IMG/VR virus record: IMGVR_UViG_3300033145_003233
Coordinates: 248,001-312,000 of that record
Length of the DNA: 64,000 nt
Direction: 5' to 3' (one strand)
The notes under the pieces: generated by a model
The model's input: the letters and a program-made list of their open reading frames with translations, nothing else
The model's database searches: none
Told to the model about the DNA's origin: nothing
Translations under genes and position numbers: made by a program
Part shown: positions 1-9,091 of the stretch, in pieces
How positions within the stretch are numbered: the stretch's first letter is position 1
How the letters are laid out: each line of letters starts with the position of its first letter

Positions 1-864
1 ACACATATCTCCAGCTATAATATGAAAATCTCCTTTTCCTGCATTGACTTTAATAGCATCGCATACACTTCTGAATTGGGAATAGCTATTTCTCATATCT
101 GCTGTAACTATAAAATGCCAAGGTAGAAAATTAGGTTCTGTCTCAGATGATTTAGATTTAACTGGTTCGGGAATATGAGCCAACCAATGTTGAGAGAACA
201 TGGTGAAATCTACTATATCTACCGAACCATCTTTATTAAAATCATAAGGCATATCTTCATATCCAAGAGGATGGACCGTAATTTTTATATTACTTATATC
301 CTGCTTCGATGGACCTATTGCAGGATTATCTGTTGCAGTTAATACCATCTCATGAAGACCCACTTGCTCCATTGTGGGGTTCCATATAAATAGTTTAGGG
401 TCATATTGAGAACCTTCAAAAGTAGCTCCTGAAGGAAGATCACTTGTTGTTAATTCAACATTATCTCCATCTGGATCTGTAGCAGTAAATAAATATTCAA
501 ATTCAGTTTTGACAGGAATTGCAAATTGAGTATTAGAAACAATTATCCCTACAGTTTTAAAAATAGCGGCTGAAGTAAAAGTTATTCTATAATGGCCGGC
601 CTGAACATCCGTAGGAGTCCATTGAAATAAGGTTCCATCAAATACGCTTCCTTCCGGCAGGTTCCTTGCATAGACAAGAGAATTACTATCTGAGACAATA
701 GTAATAGACAAAGATTCTCCCTCATCTACTTTTTTAAAATCTACTATCTCTTGAGATCCCCCCTCTACATCAGAAATAGAGATTGCAGAATAAGAGATAG
801 AAGAGAAGGCGAGAATTATTAATGCCAAAAATATTTTACTGTTTCTACAAATTGTTTCCACCAT
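1..864 (-). CDS. Secreted protein with Ig-like repeats, a dockerin-like domain and the start of a metallophosphoesterase domain (truncated by window edge; not in ORF track)
   Basis: Manual translation from ATG at 864: MVETICRNSKIFLALIILAFSSISYSAIS (signal peptide), ATDPDGDNVELTTSDLPSGATF...FIWNPT (Ig-like), DFNKDGSVDIVDFTMFSQHWL (dockerin-like), WHFIVTADMR...FHIIAGDMC (calcineurin-like phosphoesterase motifs I/II). Confidence 0.75.
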   Translation of the reverse strand, partial: MVETICRNSKIFLALIILAFSSISYSAISISDVEGGSQEIVDFKKVDEGESLSITIVSDSNSLVYARNLPEGSVFDGTLFQWTPTDVQAGHYRITFTSAAIFKTVGIIVSNTQFAIPVKTEFEYLFTATDPDGDNVELTTSDLPSGATFEGSQYDPKLFIWNPTMEQVGLHEMVLTATDNPAIGPSKQDISNIKITVHPLGYEDMPYDFNKDGSVDIVDFTMFSQHWLAHIPEPVKSKSSETEPNFLPWHFIVTADMRNSYSQFRSVCDAIKVNAGKGDFHIIAGDMC

Positions 865-1034
865 TCTTTTAGTTCCTTTTTTTTCTTTTTTGAAAATGAA
901 CCATCAGGGACCACTTTAGTTGGAAGTAATCCAGCATTCCTCAGTTCTATTATGGCCTGTCTCGAGGAAAGAGTTTCAATAGTCCCGCTGACATCTTCCC
1001 CATCTTCATTAAGAGCTTCGTAATAATATCTCAC
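819..1034 (-). CDS. Stand-alone PilC/GspF N-terminal-like protein
   Basis: YYYEALNEDGEDVSGTIETLSSRQAIIELRNAGLLPTKV resembles the N-terminus of type II secretion F/PilC proteins; GTG start at 1034 follows GAGGT (ORF track starts at 1052). Confidence 0.6.
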   Translation of the reverse strand: MRYYYEALNEDGEDVSGTIETLSSRQAIIELRNAGLLPTKVVPDGSFSKKKKKELKEWWKQFVETVKYFWH

Positions 1035-1042
1035 ATAATACC

Positions 1043-1318
1043 TCAGGCACATGATAATTCTTTTTCTACATTTTTTAATGTCTTCTGAAGATCTTTAATT
1101 TCTTTTTTTAATTCTTTTTTTCTTGCTCTTAATCTAAATTTATGTTGTATTTCTTTAGTCTCTAATCTAAATAAAACACTTTCTAAATTATATACATATC
1201 TAGAACGACAGGAATAATATGCTAATTGATAACCTGATTTATTCTCTGCCCCATCAACAATACACTCCCACTCAGAATGACCCTTCCATAATATATATAG
1301 AACGATATATTCTCTCAT
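1043..1318 (-). CDS. Hypothetical protein
   Basis: ORF track; overlapping start/stop with neighbours. Confidence 0.5.
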   Translation of the reverse strand: MREYIVLYILWKGHSEWECIVDGAENKSGYQLAYYSCRSRYVYNLESVLFRLETKEIQHKFRLRARKKELKKEIKDLQKTLKNVEKELSCA

Positions 1319-1509
1319 GTCAGAGATATTGGCCAGGAATCTCCCGCATTATTATCCCACCTAGCGTATTGATATATAATTCCTTTTACCGTAGAATGGG
1401 TCTTAGGGAAATGGGCTATAAATAAACCATCATTAGATTTGATTTTATAAGATCTTTTTAGATCTGGTAGCTTTATTTCTAATTGTGTAGTATATGTATA
1501 GTTTCTCAT
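1315..1509 (-). CDS. Hypothetical protein
   Basis: ORF track; GGGGGG SD-like run and promoter directly upstream. Confidence 0.5.
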   Translation of the reverse strand: MRNYTYTTQLEIKLPDLKRSYKIKSNDGLFIAHFPKTHSTVKGIIYQYARWDNNAGDSWPISLT

Positions 1510-1518
1510 ATCCCCCCT

Positions 1519-1546
1519 ATTATATCACATAATTTTCACTTTTCAA
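1519..1546 (-). promoter_or_regulatory. Class 1 (sigma70-like) promoter with AAGTGAAA box
   Basis: TTGAAA-AGTGAAAATTATGTGA-TATAAT. Confidence 0.7.
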
Positions 1547-1551
1547 GTATA

Positions 1552-2637
1552 TTAAAACCACTTTTTGTAGATATTAGCATAAGTCCCATTCTCATAAAGA
1601 GTTAGAATAATCTTATCTATAGGACGTTTTAATTCACTTCCCTTAGATAGAACAAATCCATAGTATTGTTCATCAAACATACCGCCCGCCATAACAACCT
1701 TATCGGGATTGTCTTTTACATAGTTTAAGAGGATAGGATAGTCATAGACAACAGCATCTCCTCTTTCAAGCAGCAGATTATCACAGGCACTACTAATACT
1801 ATCAACTGTTTTAACTTTTGCTCCTAATTCTTTCACATATCCAACACTTGTTGTCCCTTTTTGAGTTAAGACAATTTTGCCTTTTAAATCGTCAGGGCTT
1901 TGAATATCTCCAGCTATCTTTTCCGTTGTATAATCAGCAGACAAAAGAGCAGTAAAATTACAAAAAGCCATAATCCCGCAAAAGATAAGTGCTATTGTTA
2001 TTATTTTTGTTATCCATTTCTTGGGAGTATAATCTCCATATCCAACTGTTGAGCAGGTAACAACACAGAAATAGATAGCTTCAAAAATCCCTGGGATATA
2101 TTTATTATTAATACCCTCGTCTTTCCCTCTTTCGGCAATCCATATTATATGAGAGAAGAGAAGTATAAAGAATATAAAAATACCTATAGGTCTAGACAAG
2201 GCCTCATAAAGAATAGCTCCTCTTGCAATAAAGCCACTACTGGCTTGGTTTTTCAAGACCATAATACCCAAACCAGAGTTCATAGTGGGAACAGAGAAAT
2301 CTGCCCATTCCATTCTAGCAGAACGGATTGTAAGACCTGAGCAACCCACATCTGCATTGCCATTCTTGATATTAGTTTCTATTTCATCCCATGGAACAGC
2401 ATTAAATTTCCAACTTGCAATAAGCCCTTGGGAAACCAATTCTTTTCCTATGGCATTCCATAGTTCTATTTCAAAACCTGAAATTTCTTTGGGGCCATAT
2501 TCGTTATCAGTATTAACAATTACACAGGGGGGCATATCTGAAACATAAACTTGCAAAGGCTTAAAAAAATCGTCCTGTGCCGAAACTATTTGACAACCAA
2601 CAAATAAAACCAACAAAATTACCAACGTTTTCTTCAT
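1552..2637 (-). CDS. GluR0-type ligand-gated potassium channel (SBP family 3 domain split by a two-TM K+ pore)
   Basis: Signal peptide; S1 lobe with SGLTIRSAR; TM helix; pore TCSTVGYGD (K+ filter TVGYG); TM helix; S2 lobe with GTTS, YDYP, EQYYGF, GTYANIYKKWF. Confidence 0.9.
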   Translation of the reverse strand: MKKTLVILLVLFVGCQIVSAQDDFFKPLQVYVSDMPPCVIVNTDNEYGPKEISGFEIELWNAIGKELVSQGLIASWKFNAVPWDEIETNIKNGNADVGCSGLTIRSARMEWADFSVPTMNSGLGIMVLKNQASSGFIARGAILYEALSRPIGIFIFFILLFSHIIWIAERGKDEGINNKYIPGIFEAIYFCVVTCSTVGYGDYTPKKWITKIITIALIFCGIMAFCNFTALLSADYTTEKIAGDIQSPDDLKGKIVLTQKGTTSVGYVKELGAKVKTVDSISSACDNLLLERGDAVVYDYPILLNYVKDNPDKVVMAGGMFDEQYYGFVLSKGSELKRPIDKIILTLYENGTYANIYKKWF

Positions 2638-2659
2638 AGTTTTGTCTCCTAAAAATTAA

Positions 2660-2688
2660 AGAGAGAGAGGATATTATCCCCTCTCTCC
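2660..2688 (-). terminator. Hairpin/terminator between pspA and the channel gene
   Basis: Minus strand GGGAGAGAGGGATAATATCCTCTCTCTCT followed by TTAATTTTT. Confidence 0.55.
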
Positions 2689-2728
2689 CGGTTATAACAA
2701 CGTTACAAAAGCCACACACACGACCACG

Positions 2729-3394
2729 TTATTTCTTTGCCATCAACCTTGCAACTTCATCGTCAACAGCACTATCTCCATGAGTGCCGTACTTACTTTC
2801 CATGTCTTCGATACCACCGGAGGGAGCCATCTCTTCGAAAGCTTCCGCTTCGCACTCATCCGACTCCACAGCGTCTTTAAGCTTATTAAGCTCTGAGAAG
2901 CAATTGTCCGAATCAAGCCCTTGACTTGACTTCGCAAACTCTTTTCTTGCTTCTGCCATTTGCTTACGGACTGCCAGTTGAGTATGATCGCTCTCGGCCT
3001 GACTAACCTTGTTGTTTTTGTCTTGCCATTGGCTCTTCATTCTACCAAGCATCATCTCATCCTGAGAGATCATCTTCTTAAGGCTGTCCGCCCTTTGCTG
3101 GGCCTGCGTCTTATTGGTGATACACGTCCGAACATCATCTTCCTTGCCAGCTTCTGCTGCCTTCTTAGCAAGATTAGTCCATTTCTTGATATCGGCCATT
3201 TCGGTATCAAGTTGACGCTGATTCTTTTTAATTTGTGCCGAATACTTACCAATATTGGCTTGTATCTCAGACAACTTTTTCTTAGAATCCTCAATAGCAA
3301 ACTTGCCATCGCGGATCGGATCTTCCATCGACTTCGCAGCCTTATCCTTTTTCTCACGAGCGGTATTTTTTAACATCTTCCAAAAACTTGCCAT
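2729..3394 (-). CDS. pspA: PspA/IM30 (Vipp1, ESCRT-III-like) family protein
   Basis: 221-aa coiled coil with EDPIRD..FAIED, W...AKKA.EAG.ED and C-terminal VDDEVARL. Confidence 0.85.
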   Translation of the reverse strand: MASFWKMLKNTAREKKDKAAKSMEDPIRDGKFAIEDSKKKLSEIQANIGKYSAQIKKNQRQLDTEMADIKKWTNLAKKAAEAGKEDDVRTCITNKTQAQQRADSLKKMISQDEMMLGRMKSQWQDKNNKVSQAESDHTQLAVRKQMAEARKEFAKSSQGLDSDNCFSELNKLKDAVESDECEAEAFEEMAPSGGIEDMESKYGTHGDSAVDDEVARLMAKK

Positions 3395-3439
3395 CTTTTT
3401 ATCTCCTGATTATTAAAACCTAAAAATCGTTATGGTCTC

Positions 3440-3892
3440 TTACAAAGACTCAACAAGGTGAACATCAAATAAGTTTTTCGCCGTTAAGAGCGCCGCATTT
3501 AAGCTCCTCATAGAAGCAAGAAGCTCATTTTCCGAAATATCCCCAACTGGTATGCTGTCGATTAAAACAACAGGCCACGAAGATCTGTCATCTCCCTCAC
3601 CATCAATGTCAGTTAAGACACTGAAGGCATACGGAAGTGTTTGAGAATTCATGTCCAGAAGACCAAGAAAAAAATCCTCTTGCATCTCAGTATCGACCTT
3701 CGCTATCAACTGACCCCAAGTTGCGATTTCACAACTGATAGTCAGATTGGTATTATCCATCAGGATAACACAAGGGAAAGGGGCAGTGTCACTCCCCATG
3801 GGAACAGCAACGCTATTCTCGTTAAGCTTGGGAGAAAAACCCTGAGCCTCAAGAGTGCGTTCTACGTCAACTAATGTCTTAATATCGTTCAT
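3440..3892 (-). CDS. YjfI (DUF2170)-like protein
   Basis: Size, LLDMNSQTLPYAFS motif and adjacency to PspA as in yjfI-yjfJ. Confidence 0.55.
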   Translation of the reverse strand: MNDIKTLVDVERTLEAQGFSPKLNENSVAVPMGSDTAPFPCVILMDNTNLTISCEIATWGQLIAKVDTEMQEDFFLGLLDMNSQTLPYAFSVLTDIDGEGDDRSSWPVVLIDSIPVGDISENELLASMRSLNAALLTAKNLFDVHLVESL

Positions 3893-3924
3893 CCTACTTG
3901 CTCCTAAAAATTAATTTTAATTGT

Positions 3925-4653
3925 TTACTTCCACAACTTTACATCATTTATATTGACTTTGCATCCTTGAAGAAAAGTTATAAAACTATTTTCTTCATCA
4001 ACATCAATACCTTCGGTAATCTCTGTTTCTATTTCCACATCACCGTATGCGTCCAGCTCAAGAGACTCTTCCTCATCTCTCCATTCTTGAACGTTGTTAA
4101 ATTCAAGAGTAAGTGATTCGGGATTCTCACAGTCAGATTTGGTTTCATATTCCACCACAGTTGCAAATGATTTTTCCCCATCTTCCATGCACAGACCATA
4201 TCTAGGCCCTTCAGTTACATAAACAATATCCTCATCCTGACCATCATCATTCTGGAATATTTTTTGGGAAAAAACAAGAGAAGGAAGTTCGCAATTTTCA
4301 AAGTCTGCTTTTTCAAAGACCCAATCGCTGCCACTATCCAACATATCAGCACGATTACCTTCTTCGAAATCGTCAGGGATATACATAATTTTTAGCTCAA
4401 ACTCATGCTTAATTATCTTTACAATCAAATACCATAAAATATCGCCAAATTCTATATCAAGAATAATCCATTTAATAGGAGCATCTTGACAAGTTATGAC
4501 TCTTCTTCTCTTTATGGTAAAATCAGCACCATTGGCTATATCCTTATGGCCCTCATCCATTAAAAACGATAAAGTCTGCTCATCAGATAGTTGAACTATA
4601 TCATCTATTTTTAATTGCTGCCACTGGGCCACTTTTTCTTTATCTTCTATCAT
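3925..4653 (-). CDS. Acidic hypothetical protein of the PspA operon
   Basis: ATG at 4653 after AAGGAAAAG; co-oriented within the operon. Confidence 0.6.
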   Translation of the reverse strand: MIEDKEKVAQWQQLKIDDIVQLSDEQTLSFLMDEGHKDIANGADFTIKRRRVITCQDAPIKWIILDIEFGDILWYLIVKIIKHEFELKIMYIPDDFEEGNRADMLDSGSDWVFEKADFENCELPSLVFSQKIFQNDDGQDEDIVYVTEGPRYGLCMEDGEKSFATVVEYETKSDCENPESLTLEFNNVQEWRDEEESLELDAYGDVEIETEITEGIDVDEENSFITFLQGCKVNINDVKLWK

Positions 4654-4674
4654 TGCTACTTTTCCTTTAAGATT

Positions 4675-4698
4675 GAGAGAGGGGAAAACCCCTCTCTC
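4675..4698 (-). terminator. Intra-operon hairpin
   Basis: GAGAGAGGGG-AAAA-CCCCTCTCTC inverted repeat. Confidence 0.5.
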
Positions 4699-4724
4699 GC
4701 TCATTTCTCCACAAGGAGACAAAC

Positions 4725-5375
4725 CTATGTAGACTGTTTTCGATTAGCCAAGACAATAGCAACAACGATACCGCCGACCACGAGCAAAGCCACGACTCCT
4801 AAGAGACCGTTATAGTTCCCCGGAGGACGACCGTACACATAGTTGTTGCGAGTCATCAGGGTGTTCATCATCACAGCATCCGACATGGCACTATACATCA
4901 TCCACGTACCAACGTTGTTCATATAACCATATCCACCATAACCAGAATTATAGGAAATGTTAACATTCGTATTCCCTACTCTCGTTGTTTGGGGGATATG
5001 ACTTGGACGGGAAGCTGGCTGTTTGGTATACTTAGAAGTATACTTAGCTGAGTTCTTACTCTTGAACGCGGCTGTCGCTTCAGACTTGCTCTTGAATGCC
5101 GTTCCATTCTTTTTAGCTGTCTCGAATGACTTTTTTGAAACAGCACTTCTTTTTGGAGCAGTTTTAGCACGACCTGTTGATGCTTTCCTCTTCGTCTGAG
5201 TTTTCGCCCTGTTGCTACTCCTATTACTACTTTTATTACTACTCCTGGCGCCACTTCTGCTGCCACCTCTGCTGCCTCCACCTCTACTGCCTCCTCTTGC
5301 AAAAACATCACTCATGCTTGCAAGAAGGAAGATTGCTGCCACCGACAGCACTACCAACCATCTAAATTTCTTCAT
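4725..5375 (-). CDS. Secreted/membrane-anchored protein with an RGG/Ser/Lys-rich region and C-terminal TM helix
   Basis: Signal peptide MKKFRWLVVLSVAAIFLLASMSDVFA, RGGSRGGGSRGGSRSG repeat, C-terminal LLGVVALLVVGGIVVAIVLA; SD AAGGAG. Confidence 0.7.
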   Translation of the reverse strand: MKKFRWLVVLSVAAIFLLASMSDVFARGGSRGGGSRGGSRSGARSSNKSSNRSSNRAKTQTKRKASTGRAKTAPKRSAVSKKSFETAKKNGTAFKSKSEATAAFKSKNSAKYTSKYTKQPASRPSHIPQTTRVGNTNVNISYNSGYGGYGYMNNVGTWMMYSAMSDAVMMNTLMTRNNYVYGRPPGNYNGLLGVVALLVVGGIVVAIVLANRKQST

Positions 5376-5428
5376 CGTTTGTCTCCTTTCAAGAAACATT
5401 ACAAAAATCATTTAAGATTTAAAAATGC

Positions 5429-5456
5429 ATTATACAAAATATACTTTCACTTTCAA
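5429..5456 (-). promoter_or_regulatory. Class 1 promoter driving the PspA/channel operon
   Basis: TTGAAA-GTGAAAGTATATTTTG-TATAAT. Confidence 0.75.
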
Positions 5457-5523
5457 GCATTAAAAAAAATATTTATAACTGTCTATTATAAAACAAGTTA
5501 TAAAAAGCTCATTTTTCACAACT

Positions 5524-5781
5524 TCACTTATCTTTCTTAGCTGGCCCCTTTTTTACCTCTCCTTTTCCCACTTTTTTATCTAATTCGTAGTTCTTATCTT
5601 TTCTATAATCAGTAGCATAAAAGCCACTTCCCTTAAAAATTATACCCGATCCTGCTCCAATTAAACGATTAAGTTTTAATTTCTTGCATTTAGGGCATTT
5701 CTTAAGAACACGACTAGACATCTTTTGAAATTTCTCGAATTGATGATTACAAGCAGAGCATAAATAATCATAAGTAGGAAT
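5524..5781 (-). CDS. FmdB-family zinc ribbon protein with non-canonical ATT start
   Basis: IPTYDYLCSACNHQFEKFQKMSSRVLKKCPKC...GAGSGIIFKGSGFYATDYR; SD AAGGAG 7 nt upstream of ATT at 5781. Confidence 0.8.
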   Translation of the reverse strand: MPTYDYLCSACNHQFEKFQKMSSRVLKKCPKCKKLKLNRLIGAGSGIIFKGSGFYATDYRKDKNYELDKKVGKGEVKKGPAKKDK

Positions 5782-5785
5782 TTTC

Positions 5786-6589
5786 TTGCTCCTTAATAAA
5801 GGTTTTTTACAATTTATTCATAATATAGAATATGTGGAAACAGTAATAAAAGAAAAAATCATTAATATCTATAAAAACAATTTCAACAAAACAATTGTAG
5901 ATATTGCTTCTCAATTTAAAGTTAGCCGTAATACTATTTATAGAGCATTGGAAAAAAATAGAATAGATAAAAATCTGTTAAAATTTGACCATAATTTTTT
6001 CTCTTCCATTAATTCCGAAAAAAGCGCCTACTGGCTCGGTTTTATATTCGCAGATGGGTGCATATGTGATTCACACGGAACTACAAAATCCCTAAATATC
6101 CATTTATCTACTAAAGACGAATTACATCTTAAAGCATTTCAAAAAGATATTAAATCCAGATTAAAAATACATCTTGTAAAAGAAAAAGACAAAAACTCGG
6201 TTTATTGCAGATATTATTCTAATAAATTATGCGAAGATCTTATAAGACTAGGCTGCGTGCCAAGAAAAAGCACTATTTTGAATTTTCCCGACATCCCACC
6301 GCTTCTGCATCGACATTTTATCAGAGGATATATAGATGGAGATGGATGTATTTGTCTAAGAAAAAATGGCCTAAGAAAAAATTTACAGATAGGAATTATA
6401 GGAACTGAGCAGTTTTTATCTTCTCTACAATCTTTATTTTTCAAAGAGCTAAATATTAATCACAAAAAACTTCAGAATAAGGGCAGAGTTAAAAGTTTAA
6501 CCATTAATGGTAACAAGCAATGCCTCCGATTAATAAAATGGCTATATCAAGATAGCACAATATATCTTGCTAGGAAGTGCATAATATAA
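5786..6589 (+). mobile_element. Free-standing LAGLIDADG homing endonuclease with N-terminal HTH
   Basis: AYWLGFIFADGCI and RHFIRGYIDGDGCI motifs; opposite strand to its neighbours; real start may be GTG at 5834. Confidence 0.9.
5800..5824 (+). promoter_or_regulatory. Class 2 (sigmaH-like) promoter
   Basis: AGGT-N17-TAAT upstream of the LAGLIDADG coding region. Confidence 0.5.
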
Positions 6590-6603
6590 TTCATAGGTCG
6601 GCA

Positions 6604-7182
6604 TTACTCTATTTTTCCTATTTTCGAATAATAGTATAGAATTCCCCAAGCCTTAGCTCCAACCTTCTTCCCCGAACCTAATAGCTTATTAATGTCGTCT
6701 ATATCATAAAACAACACTTCTATATCCTCACTATCTTCTTGATCAGTATAACTAATTTCTCCCGCTGCCTTTGCAAACACAATAACACATGATTCATCAC
6801 AAATACCAGGAGAAGAATAAATAGGGCAACTTACATCTGTAATTTCTGTAATATCTAGACCAGTCTCTTCCTTCAATTCTTTAATAGCGGTTTCTGCTAT
6901 ATCTTGCCCCTCTTCTATCAATCCAGCAGGGAATCCATATTCACATCCTCCAATAGCGACTCTATACTCTTTTGTAATAACAAGTCTTCTACCAGTAGGA
7001 GTATCTACAATAGGAGCAATAACAACAGCATCAACACTTGGATCTGCAATAGGATGTTCTTTTCTGGAAACAAAAGTCCATTCTACAGTATTTAATTTAG
7101 CATTAATATATTTCACAAAAAATAAATTAATCCATTTGTTATCTGTAAGTTTTTTAAGTTGTAATATTTTTCTCAAGTTCAT
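6604..7182 (-). CDS. NUDIX hydrolase (ADP-ribose pyrophosphatase-like)
   Basis: Nudix box PAGLIEEGQDIAETAIKELKEETGL; YSSPG. Confidence 0.9.
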   Translation of the reverse strand: MNLRKILQLKKLTDNKWINLFFVKYINAKLNTVEWTFVSRKEHPIADPSVDAVVIAPIVDTPTGRRLVITKEYRVAIGGCEYGFPAGLIEEGQDIAETAIKELKEETGLDITEITDVSCPIYSSPGICDESCVIVFAKAAGEISYTDQEDSEDIEVLFYDIDDINKLLGSGKKVGAKAWGILYYYSKIGKIE

Positions 7183-8489
7183 CTGTCCATTTCTTCCAAT
7201 AACTTTTTATAACGATTTCTATAGTTAGCACTCAAGTGATCTATCTTTTCAGATAACATTATCTCAAATAATTCATCTGGATCAAAATTAGCTAACTTGG
7301 CAAGACCAAGAATCAAGAGAGGAGTAGGAGTGTAGCTCCCTCCTTCGCTTCTTGCCACATTAGAAACACTCACATTTACCTCCTTACATAAAGATAGCTG
7401 ACTTTTCCCTATTGAGGTTCTTTTATTTTTTATATAAGCAGACGTTTTTTTAAAATTCCATCCTATTCCCTTAGAAGTTCCCTCATCAAAACGGAAGGCC
7501 CACCCTCTATTATCTTTCAATTCTCCCTTTTTATATTTATCAAATACTATTCTATGTTTATAATCATACCATCTTACCCTATCAGATAAAACCATCTCAT
7601 AAATAGGCTCTAAATTTAAAAATAAAGAATTACATAATCTATATATCATCATTTGGCCAGGCAGATTCCATGAAAGACAGATACTCCTTATAAGATGAGG
7701 ATGAACTCCTATCAACTTTGACTGCTCTCCGTATGTTAATCCTCGAATTGCTTCTAAGTAAAATACAGAAAAATCAGATTGAAATTCTTCATCCCTCAAT
7801 AATACTGTGTGAGGACAAGAAACATTATCTCTATGATAAGATTTAATTAATTTTATAACTTCATCTTTATCATCTTGCTTCTCCCTGTAATACTCCATAT
7901 ATTCAGCCACTTTTTTTTCTGCATGAGCCACATAGCATTTTATCTTCTCTAATAATTGCATATGAAAGAGATCATATGGGTTAATCTTCAAACATTTAGA
8001 TATAGCAAAAATCTTCTTTAAAGGTAAACTTTTTCTACCAGCTTCTATAGATAAAAGTTCCCTCCTCTCCATCCCCATTATCTTGAGAAAATTTATTATA
8101 GTCAGAGATTGCTCAACTCTCCTATTATGTATATATCTCCCAGTTTTTTTTAATTTTAATGAAACTTTACCTCGAGAATTAGAAGTAGAAAAAAAGATAC
8201 AATTATAAGGGTTCTTGCTAAAATCTCCCTTCTTTTTATAATCCTTATAAAAAAGAACATTCTCTTTAGCAAATCTTTTAGACCATTCTATTATAATAGA
8301 TTGGCAAAAAGATGGCGGATCAATACCCATAGCTTGTGCTATGTGAAAAGCCTTATGAATAGAAGGGATGATCTCTCCTTTTTCTGTCCTCAATATAACA
8401 TCAGGATGAACTCCAGATATCTTAAAAAGATCTTTAAGTGTCCATCCCTTAGAGATTCTTTGAGAACGTACTAGTTCGGCTACATTCAT
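7179..8489 (-). CDS. Transcriptional regulator with multiple XRE-type HTH repeats
   Basis: Repeated XRE-like segments (VRSQRISKGWTLKDL..., IHNRRVEQSLT..., IKNKRTSIGKSQLSL...E.G). Confidence 0.7.
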   Translation of the reverse strand: MNVAELVRSQRISKGWTLKDLFKISGVHPDVILRTEKGEIIPSIHKAFHIAQAMGIDPPSFCQSIIIEWSKRFAKENVLFYKDYKKKGDFSKNPYNCIFFSTSNSRGKVSLKLKKTGRYIHNRRVEQSLTIINFLKIMGMERRELLSIEAGRKSLPLKKIFAISKCLKINPYDLFHMQLLEKIKCYVAHAEKKVAEYMEYYREKQDDKDEVIKLIKSYHRDNVSCPHTVLLRDEEFQSDFSVFYLEAIRGLTYGEQSKLIGVHPHLIRSICLSWNLPGQMMIYRLCNSLFLNLEPIYEMVLSDRVRWYDYKHRIVFDKYKKGELKDNRGWAFRFDEGTSKGIGWNFKKTSAYIKNKRTSIGKSQLSLCKEVNVSVSNVARSEGGSYTPTPLLILGLAKLANFDPDELFEIMLSEKIDHLSANYRNRYKKLLEEMDR

Positions 8490-9085
8490 CTGCTAACAAA
8501 ATCCTCAACAACATATCCATTTTCATCTACATAGTTTTTAATTCTTCCCGCCATGTTATTAATAATTTGTCTAATTCTCTCTCTACTATAATCCAATACA
8601 TCTGCTATTTCAACCATTTCCATTCGTTGCTCATAATAATAATATTTGATTTGCTCTTCTAATGGGCTTAATTCAATTCTGTCAAACAAAAACTCTAAAT
8701 CTCCCCACTCAACAAATGGCTTATATTTCTCTCGTATAGGGCGATAATGGTATCCATATTCTTCTTCGCTTTCTCCAGCAAATTCAAAACCCATTATTTT
8801 AAATCTATCTTCCCACCTACTACGTAAATCTATATAGATAGAGAACCCTGTTCTAAAAGCAAATTTTGCATAGGTAGAAAATTTCACACCCCTAGACGGA
8901 TCATATTTCTCAGCGGCCATACACAAAAACCATATTAAATGACCAGCAACATCATCAATTTCGGGAGGCCTTATTTTTCCGCGATTTAATAACGTTTTTA
9001 TATACCACCATACCAAATTGATATTATCAGCAGCTAGTTGTTTTTGTTCTTCCGTTAAATAATGTTGTCCATAGGGTCTTCCCAT
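8486..9085 (-). CDS. Sigma-70 family RNA polymerase sigma factor
   Basis: DNINLV, KYDPSRGVKFSTYA (region 2); EIADVLDYSRERIRQI (region 4). Confidence 0.85.
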   Translation of the reverse strand: MGRPYGQHYLTEEQKQLAADNINLVWWYIKTLLNRGKIRPPEIDDVAGHLIWFLCMAAEKYDPSRGVKFSTYAKFAFRTGFSIYIDLRSRWEDRFKIMGFEFAGESEEEYGYHYRPIREKYKPFVEWGDLEFLFDRIELSPLEEQIKYYYYEQRMEMVEIADVLDYSRERIRQIINNMAGRIKNYVDENGYVVEDFVSR

Positions 9086-9091
9086 TTCATC

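Noticed and set aside
5177-5415. Plus-strand poly-Leu/Pro and Cys/Tyr-rich ORFs
   Set aside because: Antisense shadows of the RGG/Ser-rich coding repeat
5782-6589. Group I intron around the LAGLIDADG gene
   Set aside because: The ORF fills almost the entire insert, is antisense to the interrupted gene, and leaves no room for a P3-P9 core
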